DNA of 62,507 nt, the filler included, from Basidioascus undulatus (Eukaryota): the NCBI GenBank assembly GCA_000826855.1. It is 3 parts of 3 records of this genome, joined end to end, with 100 filler letters (N's around TTAATTAATTAA, not from the genome) between each part and the next. Parts side by side here need not be neighbours in the genome. Positions count along the whole stretch, not along the records: positions 41,758 to 62,507 come from JTLS01000361.1; 2 more parts are not named here. One strand, given 5' to 3'. Below, one piece after another: positions 50,272-61,600 of this stretch. Position 1 is the first letter of the stretch. Every line of letters begins with the position of its first letter. The translations under genes and the position numbers were made by a program. The notes below the pieces were generated by a model. It did not search any database, was not told where the DNA came from, and saw only the letters and a program-made list of their open reading frames with translations.

Positions 50272-52281
50272 ATGTTCTGCTCAAGCACGTCCTATCCGCC
50301 GTCTTCTACACGCTGCGCGCTATCTAACGATGTCGGAACCCCCCTGTAGTCTCCGGCGAGCCCCCACAGCAGCCCGTCGTGTCCAAGAAGAGCGGGCACG
50401 TCTACGAGCGTCGGCTGATCGAGAAGTACATCACCGAGAACGGCAAGGACCCTGTCACCGGCGAGGAGCTGTCCACCGATGACCTCCTCGAGCTCAAGAC
50501 TGGTGAGTCGGCGCGTCGAGCGGGGGACATGAGGAGAGCGGGCGCGCGGGAAGGCGCGGGGAGACGCGTTGCGTTCAATGAGACAGAGTACTTCTGGGTA
50601 GTTTGAGCGAGACTCTGTTGTGCATGGGGTTGCACAGACTCAACACGCGGGCGATAGCGCCGTTCGCTACGCGTGGACAAGTTGCTGACTTTCCCATCTC
50701 TGCCGTGTCCCAGAGTCCAAATCCGTCCCGCCTCGTCCCCCTACTCTCTCCTCTGTCCCCGCCCTCCTCTCCACCCTCCAGGTCGAGTGGGACTCGCTCG
50801 TTCTCGAATCGCAGTGCGTCTCCTTGCGCCTCTGCCTTCTTCGATTGCCACACTCACTCACACCTCGGTTGGTCTCAGCACTCTCCGCGAGCAGTACACC
50901 ACGACTCGGAAGGAGCTCGCGCACGCGCTCTACCAGGTTGATGCTGCGCACCGCGTCGTAGCTCGTTTGCTGCAGGAGCGGGATCAGGCTCGGGAGTGCG
51001 TCTGCTTTCTCCCCTTGCAGGGTGCCAAAGCGTGTGCTGACACGAAGCTTCCTTTCAGAGCTCTTGCCAACATTCAGGCGAACCTCGGCGTGGCGCCGGC
51101 GCCGGCAGCTGCCCCGTCAGCAGGCGACGTAGAGATGGAGGATTCGGCGGCGGCGGCGGCGGCGGGTGGTCTTCCCGCGGCGGATGTTGCGAAGATTGAC
51201 GAGCGGTCGAAGACGTGCGTATCGCTTCTCTCAATCAGGCTTTGCGTTGGATCGGGAGCTCACTCGTATGGCCCACAGCCTTTCTGCTTTGCGCAAGAAG
51301 CGCAAGGTCCCCGAGGGCTACGCTACCGCCGAGTCGATCTCGTCCTACACCGCCAAGGAGACGCTTCCTTCCTTCCACTCCCCTTCCCCGCCGGGCATCA
51401 CCGACCTCGCGCTCTCCGCGGACGGTCAGCGCTTCCTCACCGGTGGCGCCGACAAGCACGTGCAGATCTACGACCGCGCCTCGAAGCAGACTGTTGCGAC
51501 GCTCAAGGGCCACACGAAGAAGGTGAACCGCGTCGCGTGGCGCGAGGCCGAGGGGCGTGAGACGCTCGGTCTCTCCGCGGGCGACAAGCGCGTGCGCATC
51601 TACCACGACACGGGCGACAAGGGTTGGAAGCTTGCGTCGGAGATCAAGACGCACAAGGGGGAGGTGCACGGTCTTGCGGTCCACCCGGCGCACGACTACG
51701 CCATCTCGGCCAGCGCGGACGAGACTTGGGCGGTGCATTCGATCGAGGACGGTTCGACGCTCGTCAGCGCCGGCAAGCTCGACGGCGTCGACGGCGGGTT
51801 CAGCTACACCGCGCTCGGCGTTCACCCTGACGGGCAGATCCTCGGCGCGGGCACGGCAGATGGCTACCTCCGCATCTGGGACGTGCGCACCGCGCAGCAC
51901 GCGCACAGCTTCGCGCCGAGCGCGGGCAGCGCGGGCGCGCTCCACACGCTCTCCTTCTCCGAGAACGGCTACTACGTCGCGTCCGCCACGGCCGAGTCGT
52001 CGATCGTCCAGCTCTGGGACCTCCGCAAGCTCAAGGACATCCACGCCATCGACCTCGGCGAGGGCTACCGCGCCAACGCCGTCTCGTTCGACGCCGCCGC
52101 GCAGTTCCTCGCCGTCGCCGGCACGGACCTCCGCGTGTTCGCGAACAAGACGTGGAAGGAGCTCGACCGGTGGGAGGACGCCGCCGCGCCCCTGCAGGCT
52201 GTTGCCTGGGGCCCCGACGGGAAGGAGATCGTCGCTGCCGGCCTGGACCGCACGGTCCGCGTCTACGGCCAGCGGGAGTAG
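50272..52281 (+). CDS. PRP19: Pre-mRNA splicing factor Prp19 (U-box E3 + coiled coil + WD40)
   Basis: MFCS|ISGEPPQQPVVSKKSGHVYERRLIEKYITENGKDPVTGEELS, PPRPPTLSSVPALLSTLQVEWDSLVLE, RKELAHALYQVDAAHRVVARL, and WD40 repeats in the last exon. Confidence 0.97.
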
Positions 52282-52704
52282 GAGGGCGCGAAGGCGACAT
52301 GGACGCGTGGTGTATCACTTGTATAGGTTGGATGTTTGCCGGAGCTCAAAAATGCGCAACCATGCTATTTGTTGTTCGTTCGCTGAGTGGCATGTCGTGG
52401 CGATATCGCGGCGATGCGAATAGGATGCAGTTCGCCTTGCCTTCCGCTTCATCAACTGCAGAAATCTTGACTGGTTGTCAGCATGCGGTTAGTCGACGTT
52501 GTCGCCAGCCATCCAAATTGACAGCAGTTGCAGCAGTTGAGGGTACATTCCACGTGCCTCGACCCACGTGCTTCGCATACGCTCTCTCTTTCCCTGTTCA
52601 CTCACCACCATCGCTCTCGCACTCTTCTCAACGGCCACGGCGCACGCACACTCGAGTCAACCATATCTTGGGCGGACCCAATTTTCGCACTGCTCGGAGC
52701 CAGC

Positions 52705-53862
52705 ATGCCTCTTCGCCTTGTGACCGAAGTTCTCAACGAGCAGGATCCTGGGATCGTTCGACCCGCCCGCTTCGATCCGGAGGCCCACAACAGGCCCCTC
52801 CCTGTTCCCATTTCTAATGGACTCGAGATACCTCCTCACGGTGCCGCTATAATAGACGACCAGTGCGAGTTCAGACAGGTCTTTCGTTAGGACCTGCAGG
52901 TGGATCAAGTCATCATCGTTGTTTGCCTGTTCGATCGCGTGCTTGTCATCAGGCAGTGGGTGCTGGCAAGACTTATACTCGATTTGCGATGGCCTGTTCT
53001 CGCTTCACCACACCTCTAGCGAGCTCCCAGAGCTGCTGCTGGTGCCACTGGGGTTCACCGAAGCTGCGCACACCCTTAGCAGCAGCAGGGCATCAATGAA
53101 GTGCGAGAATCCGGCAAGCGGTCATCCAGCGCTTGCAAAAGATTTCTGGTGGGCCCCATCCGTTCATGGTGGAAGTCGATCCGGACATCGTCGTCCCAAT
53201 TACAGCCTGCGTGACAGGTGACGTAGACGGCACAGTTACGGTGCTTCTGCCCCCGCCTGCAGCCGACCGGCTCTTACGCTTGTTCATCCCGAGCGACAGT
53301 GACCCCATGCTCAGCCAGGCGCGAGCCCTCTATCTTCGTGTACTGTGATTGCCGGCGTACATCTCCAGCAAACAGATGGCAACCTGGTTAATCTTTGATC
53401 GTAGTCGTCTTCCTCCGCCGCCGCCTCCCGACTTCGTCTCGCGCCTTTTCCTGCGCAGTGCCCGCTGTGACGAGCCACAGTCCTGCCGTTACAACCTTCT
53501 GAAGAGTCTGGTTGCCGAATTCAGTGAAGATCTGGATTATTCCATGATCATGGATCTCATTACACCTCTTCTGGAAATACTGGAGCGGCTCACTGACATC
53601 GGGAAGTCTTGGTGCGAGGTCTGCGGTGCTCCTTGCAACTCGATGTGCAAAGGTTGCTGGGGTGCGACGTACTGCTCGAGGAGGCATCAGCGGGAAGACT
53701 GGCCTAATCATCGGGAGGTACGTCTGGGCAGTCGGAGATGTCCATCCTTCTTCCAGCTCACCTTGTTGCGTGCGTCTTTTCCAGTGGTGCAAGGCGATAC
53801 GGCTACCGGGAACTTCTCAGTCAGCTGGTTTCGCGCAGGGGCTATGGAAAGAGTTTGGGTAA
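52705..53862 (+). CDS. MYND-type zinc finger protein
   Basis: CEVCGAPCNSMCKGCWGATYCSRRHQREDWPNHRE|WC matches MYND spacing near the C-terminus. Upstream exons are unrecognised and the start is tentative. Confidence 0.65.
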
Positions 53863-56800
53863 GAGGCGGTCGAAGGGAGAGCAATTGAAAAGTTGAACAG
53901 CTTGCGTGCCATGCATCCACTGTAGGACTGTCAAGGCACACGGACTGCGCCGCTGCCTCACGGGTATCACGGGTAAGATCAATTTTGTAGGCGTCGGCAA
54001 GTCCTGTTGATGCACCTTCAGGGGTTTGCCAGCATCGCACGTTGGTTGACCTAAAAGTCCATACACAGGTGTCAATTTGGGCGCGACTGGGACATTTATA
54101 GAGCCTACGAAAGAAACACGAGAGACTCACGCCTGTGCCGTTCATTCTATCGTGCTGACTATGCGATGCCGGCGAGCGAGGTAAGCAGCTTCTGGACATT
54201 CCGAAATCTTGTCTTTTTGCAGCCAATACGTCAACTGGTTCTCGATCCCGTCGAAAGTAAAGCGACAGGTGATTGCAGTCTTCAAGGACAGTGAAAACAA
54301 TGCTCAGCTTGAGGTTCACTTTTTTTTCGGAAGACTAAGCGCACCTTTCCTGTTGCCTTGAACGTCGACCGTGCAGCCTATCAAACGGTGCCTTCGGTTC
54401 GTGTTGCAATTAGCACGCAATGAGATCAAGCGTTGAGGATTGGACAGGGAAGTGTTCTTACAGGATGTACATCAACCATCTTCCAGAATCGAAGCCCTGG
54501 ACAATTAACCCAATTGACGCGAGCACCGAGAAATTCGAGAATGGGGCCGCCCAGTGGCTCAGCGCACCTCAATCGAAGCCTTGACGAAGTCCTCGAGGGG
54601 ACCCTGTTTCCAGCTCGTAGTAATGTATGCATCCTCGTGGAACATTGAGCTGCTCTCCCTAGAAGGAGAGCAGCTCGTTCAGGATTCCAGTTGGATGCCC
54701 AACGATGTCTAAGGCGCACCGGTAGTTGTCCCACTCAGCCGCAGCGCGGTACATCCCCCAGCCCTCGACGATCTCCCGGATCTTCCAGCCGTCCAGCGCG
54801 TCCCCATCACATCCGATACAGTTGTTGCGCGAGGCGGCTACAGGTCGCGTTTCGATCGGTGTTGATGGGTTGGGCAAAGGTCATGCTGCGGAGATCGGTT
54901 CGAGGTGGAGAATGGGCGAGCAGTAAGCGCTGTGGCACCGCGCCGGAACCGTAGGAGGGTGGGAGCAGACGCTCCGTAGTTGAGAACAGCCAACCGGGGC
55001 AGCCTCGTTAGAGTTGTGTGAGCAGTGCGGGTACGAAAGGTAGAAGAGGAAGACGGCGTGAAAGCCAGAATGCGCTATTCCTTTATGACCAGAACTGGAT
55101 CGAACGGGCATGTGCAAGTCTCACACCAAAGGAATCTCACGCCTGGATGAGGTCCAAGGTAAATATATCACCTGTCAGACTCTCCGTGATCGGCAACCGC
55201 TGCAGCGCAGGCCACGTTGCGAAGACGCGAGTGATCGAAGGCGCTGCTGTATACCGCTCCCCGGCTCTGTTGTGCAGACCGCCTGAACTTCGGGGATGCC
55301 TTCGTGATTGGTACCTTCTGATGCACGTTGCATTTTCTGTGGGTTGCAGTACATGTCCTGTATGGTCACCACCGACAACAGCTGCTCCAGCGCAGCTGCC
55401 ATGCTGTACATGCCGGTGCACTGGGATAGCGAGGCTCACGTCCAGACTCCAGACGAGTGGGAACTTCAGCGTGATCAATGCTCTATAAGGTTAAACACTG
55501 TACAATGCAATGCCGGACTTGACCGCTCCATCGTGGTCATGAGCTGGAAGACTTGGCAGTCTCCGCGTGGTATGCCTCACCAACGGCGAGACCGCGCGCG
55601 GCAGCGCCAAACGCTTGGGACTATTTGAAAACAAACCCGACTGTCAGTGAGTGCATTGGGCGAAGCAGTGAAGGGAAAAGACAACTGGCGTACCCCAAGG
55701 TCCTCGTCAATCTTCTCTCCCTGGGATCGCACGACCTCAACGATCTTTGCACGTTGCTCCTATACCCCCGGCCCATCCAACCTCGTCAGATGCCGTCCAG
55801 TTCCGACATTCCCAAGGACAGTGGCCACTCACCGCAAGCGCCTCCAGGTTCTCCACCGTCTTCTTGTCGACCGGAGCCTGCACCCACCACACGCCCTAAT
55901 CAGCTCTCCCGCTCAATCCGGAAATATGAAAAAACAGCGTACACCAGCCTCGGCAGCCAGGCGCGCTGCCTGGTCGACGAGCTGGGCATTGACAGACTGC
56001 GAGGGGAGCGTGTGAGTGAGCTGAGCACGCCGCCCCGAACCTCACATTCGTGGCGAGCAACAACGCACCTCGAGAGAAGCGGACATGATGCGGGCTATGG
56101 GACTGGATGAATGGGAAGGGGCTTTTGTGTGAATGCCGATGCAGATGCGAGTGCGAAGTGAGTGAGTGGTTTGAGATCAAGAAGTGCAAGCTGCAAGCAA
56201 GCGAGAAGACGACCGACCGGGCTCTTGAAGCGGCCCGGACGCTGATCATGATCACGAGCACGCCCAAACGTGTAACAATGCAACGTCATCTGCCAGGCCG
56301 ATTAGCGACTATGATGCAAGGTGCAGCTGCATTTCGCCGTGCGAGCTGCGATGTCAGCGCAGGTGGAATTGGTGGAATGGAGGGCAAGAAGTCTAAGGTG
56401 GAGGGTGCGGGGCCACGCGCGCAGCAGCAGGTTCCCGGTGAAGCCCGCTCCGCCTCCGGTTGCTCCTGAGGAGTCCGGAGGTTCTTTTTTTTTTCCACAT
56501 CGCAGAGCACGCACCTTGCCGTCAAAGCAAGTCAAAGAAGAGCATGCACACATCCGAGTCAACGCGAAACGGCTTGCAAGTTGCAGACGAAAGTCATGAC
56601 GCAGTCAACGCAGTTGCACGCTCATTGCAGCTTGCGTGGTTTCAAGTTTGTTTCAAGTAACCGGGCCCGCGGGCGGCCGGCAAAGCGGCGGATGCGACTG
56701 TTTGGGTGTCCTTAAGGGAGTGTGTGTGCAACTGTTCCGGAAGAAACGCTGGAGTGATGGGAAGAGTGTGGTGGCGACCAAGCGAAAGTAGGTGAGAAAG

Positions 56801-57332
56801 AGACTCAACGGACGTCGGACCAGGCGTTTACTGTCACTCTGGCTCGTCTGCCCAGCACAGTCTACTGGGAACTAGAGAAAAGAAGATAAACAGAACCCCA
56901 GGTGCGCATAGTTAGCCAGACTCGTCCAACTGCGGGATGACTGCACCGAGGCGCGCGTACCCAAGTTCACAACTACCACACGTCCCAAAAGCGCGCTCAC
57001 GCAAGCTCTACATTTTCAGTAGATTTCCAAACTTGTCTTGCCCTGGGAGTTTGATTCCGCTGCATGCTTTCCGCGGTAGGGGCCACAATAGAAAGGGCAC
57101 TGTCGGCGGTCACCTTGCTCGCACCACGCGCCGCAGCAGCCTATTCGTGGCCGGATAGACTTGAGTTCCAACAGGGGGAATGGAGTATCGCTCATACAAG
57201 GATGATTTTATCACAGTGTCATGAAGTTCAATTTCCTAGGGATGGGTCCAACCGCGCTACGGTTGGGAGGAATCCGGGCGCAGAAGGGACTTCCGTGACG
57301 GTGGGAAGGACGACTCGCTAGTCACCAGCAAG

Positions 57333-57566
57333 TTAAGCATTGGAGCACGATTTGAACAAAGAGCGGTTGTACCACGAAAAATCAGCTGCGCTTCCCTCCT
57401 CATCTTCCGCATTCGAGACAAAGCGAGATGAGAGGCTCACCTTTCTTTCGGCCTGTTCCTGCGCGCACTTAGTATAGCTGGACCAGACGAGGATGATGAA
57501 GATTACGAAACATGAGCCATACAGAGCAGCCAGGATGAACCAAAAGAAAACATCTAAGAGCATCAT
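57333..57566 (-). CDS. Possible small single-pass membrane protein (77 aa)
   Basis: ATG start, strongly hydrophobic segment (VFFWFILAALYGSCFVIFIILVW) followed by a charged tail. No family recognised. Confidence 0.3.
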   Translation of the reverse strand: MMLLDVFFWFILAALYGSCFVIFIILVWSSYTKCAQEQAERKVSLSSRFVSNAEDEEGSAADFSWYNRSLFKSCSNA

Positions 57567-58004
57567 CGCTGAAAATGCCTGAGAAGAGACAGTGACTGCT
57601 CATCGCAGTTTTCGCTTGCTGGCAGGGATAAGTACGACCTGTCCCACACAAGATCCAGATGCAGGCGCTTCCCTAGGAGATTCGCAGTCTAAAAAACAGC
57701 ACCTTTTATATTTTTTGTTAGGAGAAGGGGACGCTAGCAATCTTGAGAAAGAGCGTGTACGACGTCCGGGGTTCCGGGTTGGCAGTCTGTTGAGTGCGGA
57801 CAATGAGCATGCCTGGCATAGCCTGCCATGCCGTGTGCACCCACGTGATCCTTGCAATCCTTGACGTCGAACGGTAACAGCTGCATAGTCGTGTTGATCC
57901 GGGCAGACCTGCCATGCGGAAGCTTCAACCCAGTACTCGAGAAAGTCAACGCGGCCCCTTTGTAGGATTGCAGAAAGCCTGCCATGAAACTGTGACTTGA
58001 TAGC

Positions 58005-58052
58005 CTTGGCTTCCACGAAACTTGGCTTCCACGAAACTTGGCTTCCACGAAA
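58005..58052 (+). repeat. Perfect tandem repeat, 3 x CTTGGCTTCCACGAAA
   Basis: Identical units at 58005-58020, 58021-58036 and 58037-58052, with a related TCGCGAAA just downstream. Confidence 0.95.
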
Positions 58053-58677
58053 CCATTGACTCTCGCGAAACATGGAGGTCCAAGTTTTGCTCAATTTCTG
58101 TGCCCAGCAAGGAGCCTTGCGCCCGCAACAGAGGACTGGAGCTGGCCGAGGGACTCAATTATACAGGCTGAAAGGCGAAGGCCCGTCGTCGACAGCGCGA
58201 CTGACTTCTTTCGCATGCACTGCCTCGGGTCTCCGGAGCGGGCCCTGACATCTCCGTCTCGAATATTGGTTGTTCGCCGTCGACCATCACCTGGTCGTCC
58301 AAACCCGCATTTTCCATTCCACCCACCTCCTTCCACTTTCCACGCTCCAAACGCAGTGTACGCTTCTTTCGCACTCAATGACTCTCCTGGGACTTATTTG
58401 AGTCGAGTCGACGGCAGACGAGTCTCCGGGGGAGCCGACGCTACTACAGCTGCTACTTACGATCAAATTCGAGGGTCACCAGTGCATACGCGGCCTTCTC
58501 CTTTGGACATTATATCTACGACTGCCATTGTACACCTCTGACCTCTTCTTCTCTTCCGTTTACTACCTGCGACGACCACTGCGAGACCACACGCACACCC
58601 CCGCCCCCCTGCTCTGAGCAAGGGCAGCACTCCCCGAACGCCGTCGTCGTCCCTCGCCGCCGCCGCCGTCGCTCGCG

Positions 58678-61600
58678 ATGCTGCCCCTCGCCCAATTTCA
58701 ATCCCACTCCCATACCACACCCTCCCCGCCCCCTCGCACTTCCTCCCTCCGCCCGAGCCCCCCACCTCCAGCCCTCCCCGCGCCCGACGCGACAGGCGGT
58801 CTCGCCGGCGGCCCGCCCGGGCAGGTCCAGCTCGACCCGGCCACTACAGGCGACAGGGACTGGGCAGAGACGGCGAAGGAAGTTGCAGGTGCTGTGGGCG
58901 TGGGCGTCAAGGACCTCCTCACCCAGGCCGAACCGTTACTGGAGATTGTGCCTGTGCCGGCGCTCGGGACGGCCGTGAGTGTGCTGCTGAAGGCTTGGGA
59001 ACAAGTCAATGTGCGTTACCTTATTCGTCATGTCTTTCTTTCTTTGAGAACGCACCAAATGACCGGCCCTCTGGGGGAGCAGCAAGTCAAAGACCAGCGG
59101 CACCAGTGTCTACGCCTGATCGCGCGCGCCGCGTCGCTCCTCCGTGCCGTACAGGCACAGCTCGCAGCTTCCTCAGGCGCGCGGGAGAGCCTCCCGGAGG
59201 CCGTGCAGGAGAACGTGCGGCACTTGGAGACGTGTGTTGTCAGTTTCAGATCAGTTGATGTGGGAGACTGAATCGGGCGGTGGACTGGGCCTTGCAGGAC
59301 CCTCTTCGACATCCAGGTGTTTGTTGGGAAGCAGGCGAGCAGGCGCTGGCTGAAGCGGTACTTGAAGCGCGGAGACATCGAGGGGATGCTGGCCGAGTGA
59401 GTGTCTGTCTTCACCCACTCCTATTCTACTGCATCGCCGAACTCACCCCCTTCCCTATTAAGGTACAACGACCGCCTCTCGACCCTTGCACAGCTCTTCG
59501 ATGTTTGTACCCCTTCCTTCCTAACCTCCCCCTGTCCCTGAATCCTTCCCCCTCACACCTCACACATCCCCCTCTCCTACGCAGGTCCAATCCCACCTCG
59601 CCCTGCACCTTCGCCTCGCCCAAGATGCGTCTGACCGCGCGCGGGACCAGCGCGCGCTGTCCTCCCTCCTCCGCGCGTCGCTCTGCAACGACGCGCTCCT
59701 GCTCCAGCAGCTCGCGCTGCAGCATGACGAGACGCTCGAGGCGGTAGGGGCGATGCAACACCAGCTCGGGGCGCTCGTGTCCGCTTCCCACCGCCTGCGG
59801 ATCCTCCCGCATGCCCCAACGGGAGGGGCGCTGAGGCTGACGATGGGTGGAAGTGTCGGGGATGGGGAACGGGAGGGGGAGGGAGGAGAGGTGGAGCTGC
59901 ATCGGGCGTTCTTGGAGCGCGGGATTGGGGCGCTAAAGAGCTTGAGCGGCGGAGAGGAGAGGGAGAGGCTTCCGGATTGGACGGTCAGCAAGTGGGAGGT
60001 CGACCGGGACGAGCTCGTCGGGAAGGGATACTTTGCTGTACGTCCCCCCTCCGATGGGTTCTGGACGTGGATGGGCTGGAAGTCGGGTGCTGATGAGAGG
60101 CGTTGGGCTTCGTGGGGAACACAGACAGTCTACCGCGGCAGGTGGCGCGGCTCTGTGGTAGCGATCAAGGAGCTTGCGCCCGAGACGCCGAAGGACGTGC
60201 GTGTCTTCTCCGGTCCCCCATCGAACCGATGCATTTTCCAGGGAGCTGACGCGACAGCGGGGTCGTTTGTGGGCCGGGTCGGCAGCTCTTCCTCCGCGAG
60301 ATCAGGATCTGGCAGACGCTCAGGCACCCGCACATTTGCCAGTTCGTCGGCGCGTCGTCCGCGACGGCCAACCCGCCGTGGCTGATCGTGTCGGTGTTCC
60401 ATCGGTGCGTGCGGGTACTTTTCATTCTCCCTTCGCTTCCTTTTTTTGTACCACTCCCCCTTTGCCTTCTACTGCCTGGTCCTTTCATGGCTCGGAAAAG
60501 GCGCTGATACGTCTTGGGCTTGGGGCGGGGCACTTTGCAGGAACGGAAACGCGTTGACATGGTTAAGGGCGAACCCGGGCGCGGGGCGTGTCCGGCTCAT
60601 GCATGAGATCGCGCTCGGGATGGCTTACCTGCACGACAGCAAGGCGCGTTATCCTTCGGCTCCTTTCTTTTCTCGAACTCGCAGTCTGATATATGTTGCG
60701 GCGTCCCGAACGCAGGTCCTCCACGGGGATCTCAAGGTCCGCCTCGCCCTTTGAAGAGCGATATCGAGAGGCGGCTGCTGATTACGAGAGGGAGCACAGG
60801 CGACCAACGTCCTGATCTCGGCGGAGGGCACTGCGATGGTCACGGACTTCGGGCTGTCTGAGCTCCGTCTCGAAGGCACGCACCTTTACCTTGCTGTGCT
60901 GTTCACCACAGGAGCTCCTGCTTACGCATCCGCGCTCCCAAAAAACGTTGCCCCACAGTCGCCCGCAGGTCGTCCCCGCCGCTACCCGAGCCGGGCGCCC
61001 TCCGCTGGCGCAGTCCCGAGCGCATGGCGGATGGCGCGCTGGAAGTGCCTGTGGATGTACGTCATTATATGCTGCGAGGATGACAAAAGTGGGCTGAGCA
61101 GAAGCTGATTGGGGGGGCGGGATCGGGCGATTAGGTCTACGCGTTTGCTATCACCGCCGTCGAGCTTCTCTCGCTGCAGGTCCCGTTCGGGCACGTCACG
61201 GACGAGAGGGTGTATCAAATGGTCGTTCGTGCGTCCTTCCGGTGTGTTACCCTTCACAACCACTGGAAACTGATTCATTTGCATGATCACCAGACCACGA
61301 CTCTCGGCCCGCGCGGCCCTCGCACTCAGAGCTGTCCGACGAGCTTTGGGACCTGATCGCGCGATGCTGGACACGCGTGGCCGCCTCGCGCCCGTCCTTC
61401 TACTCGATCGCGCAGGAGACGCACGCGATGCTCGGCGGCCGCGTGCCCTCTCCCGAAGTCTACCGCCGCGAGTTCCCCGCTGGCGGTGAGGGCTCCGGGA
61501 TGGGCACGGTCGCGTCGAGGGTCTCGAATGCGAGCTCGTCGGACGAGACGTTCCGGACGGCGGAGACGGAGATTGCGTGGGGGCACACGCAGATGGAAGT

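Noticed and set aside
50503..50713. TPP riboswitch or canonical C/D snoRNA in the PRP19 intron
   Set aside because: No TPP core motifs, no clean RTGATGA box C, and the only late CTGA is the branch point. Kept only as a generic structured-intron finding.
58005..58052. CRISPR-like array
   Set aside because: Units are directly adjacent with no spacers, the context is eukaryotic and no cas genes are present.
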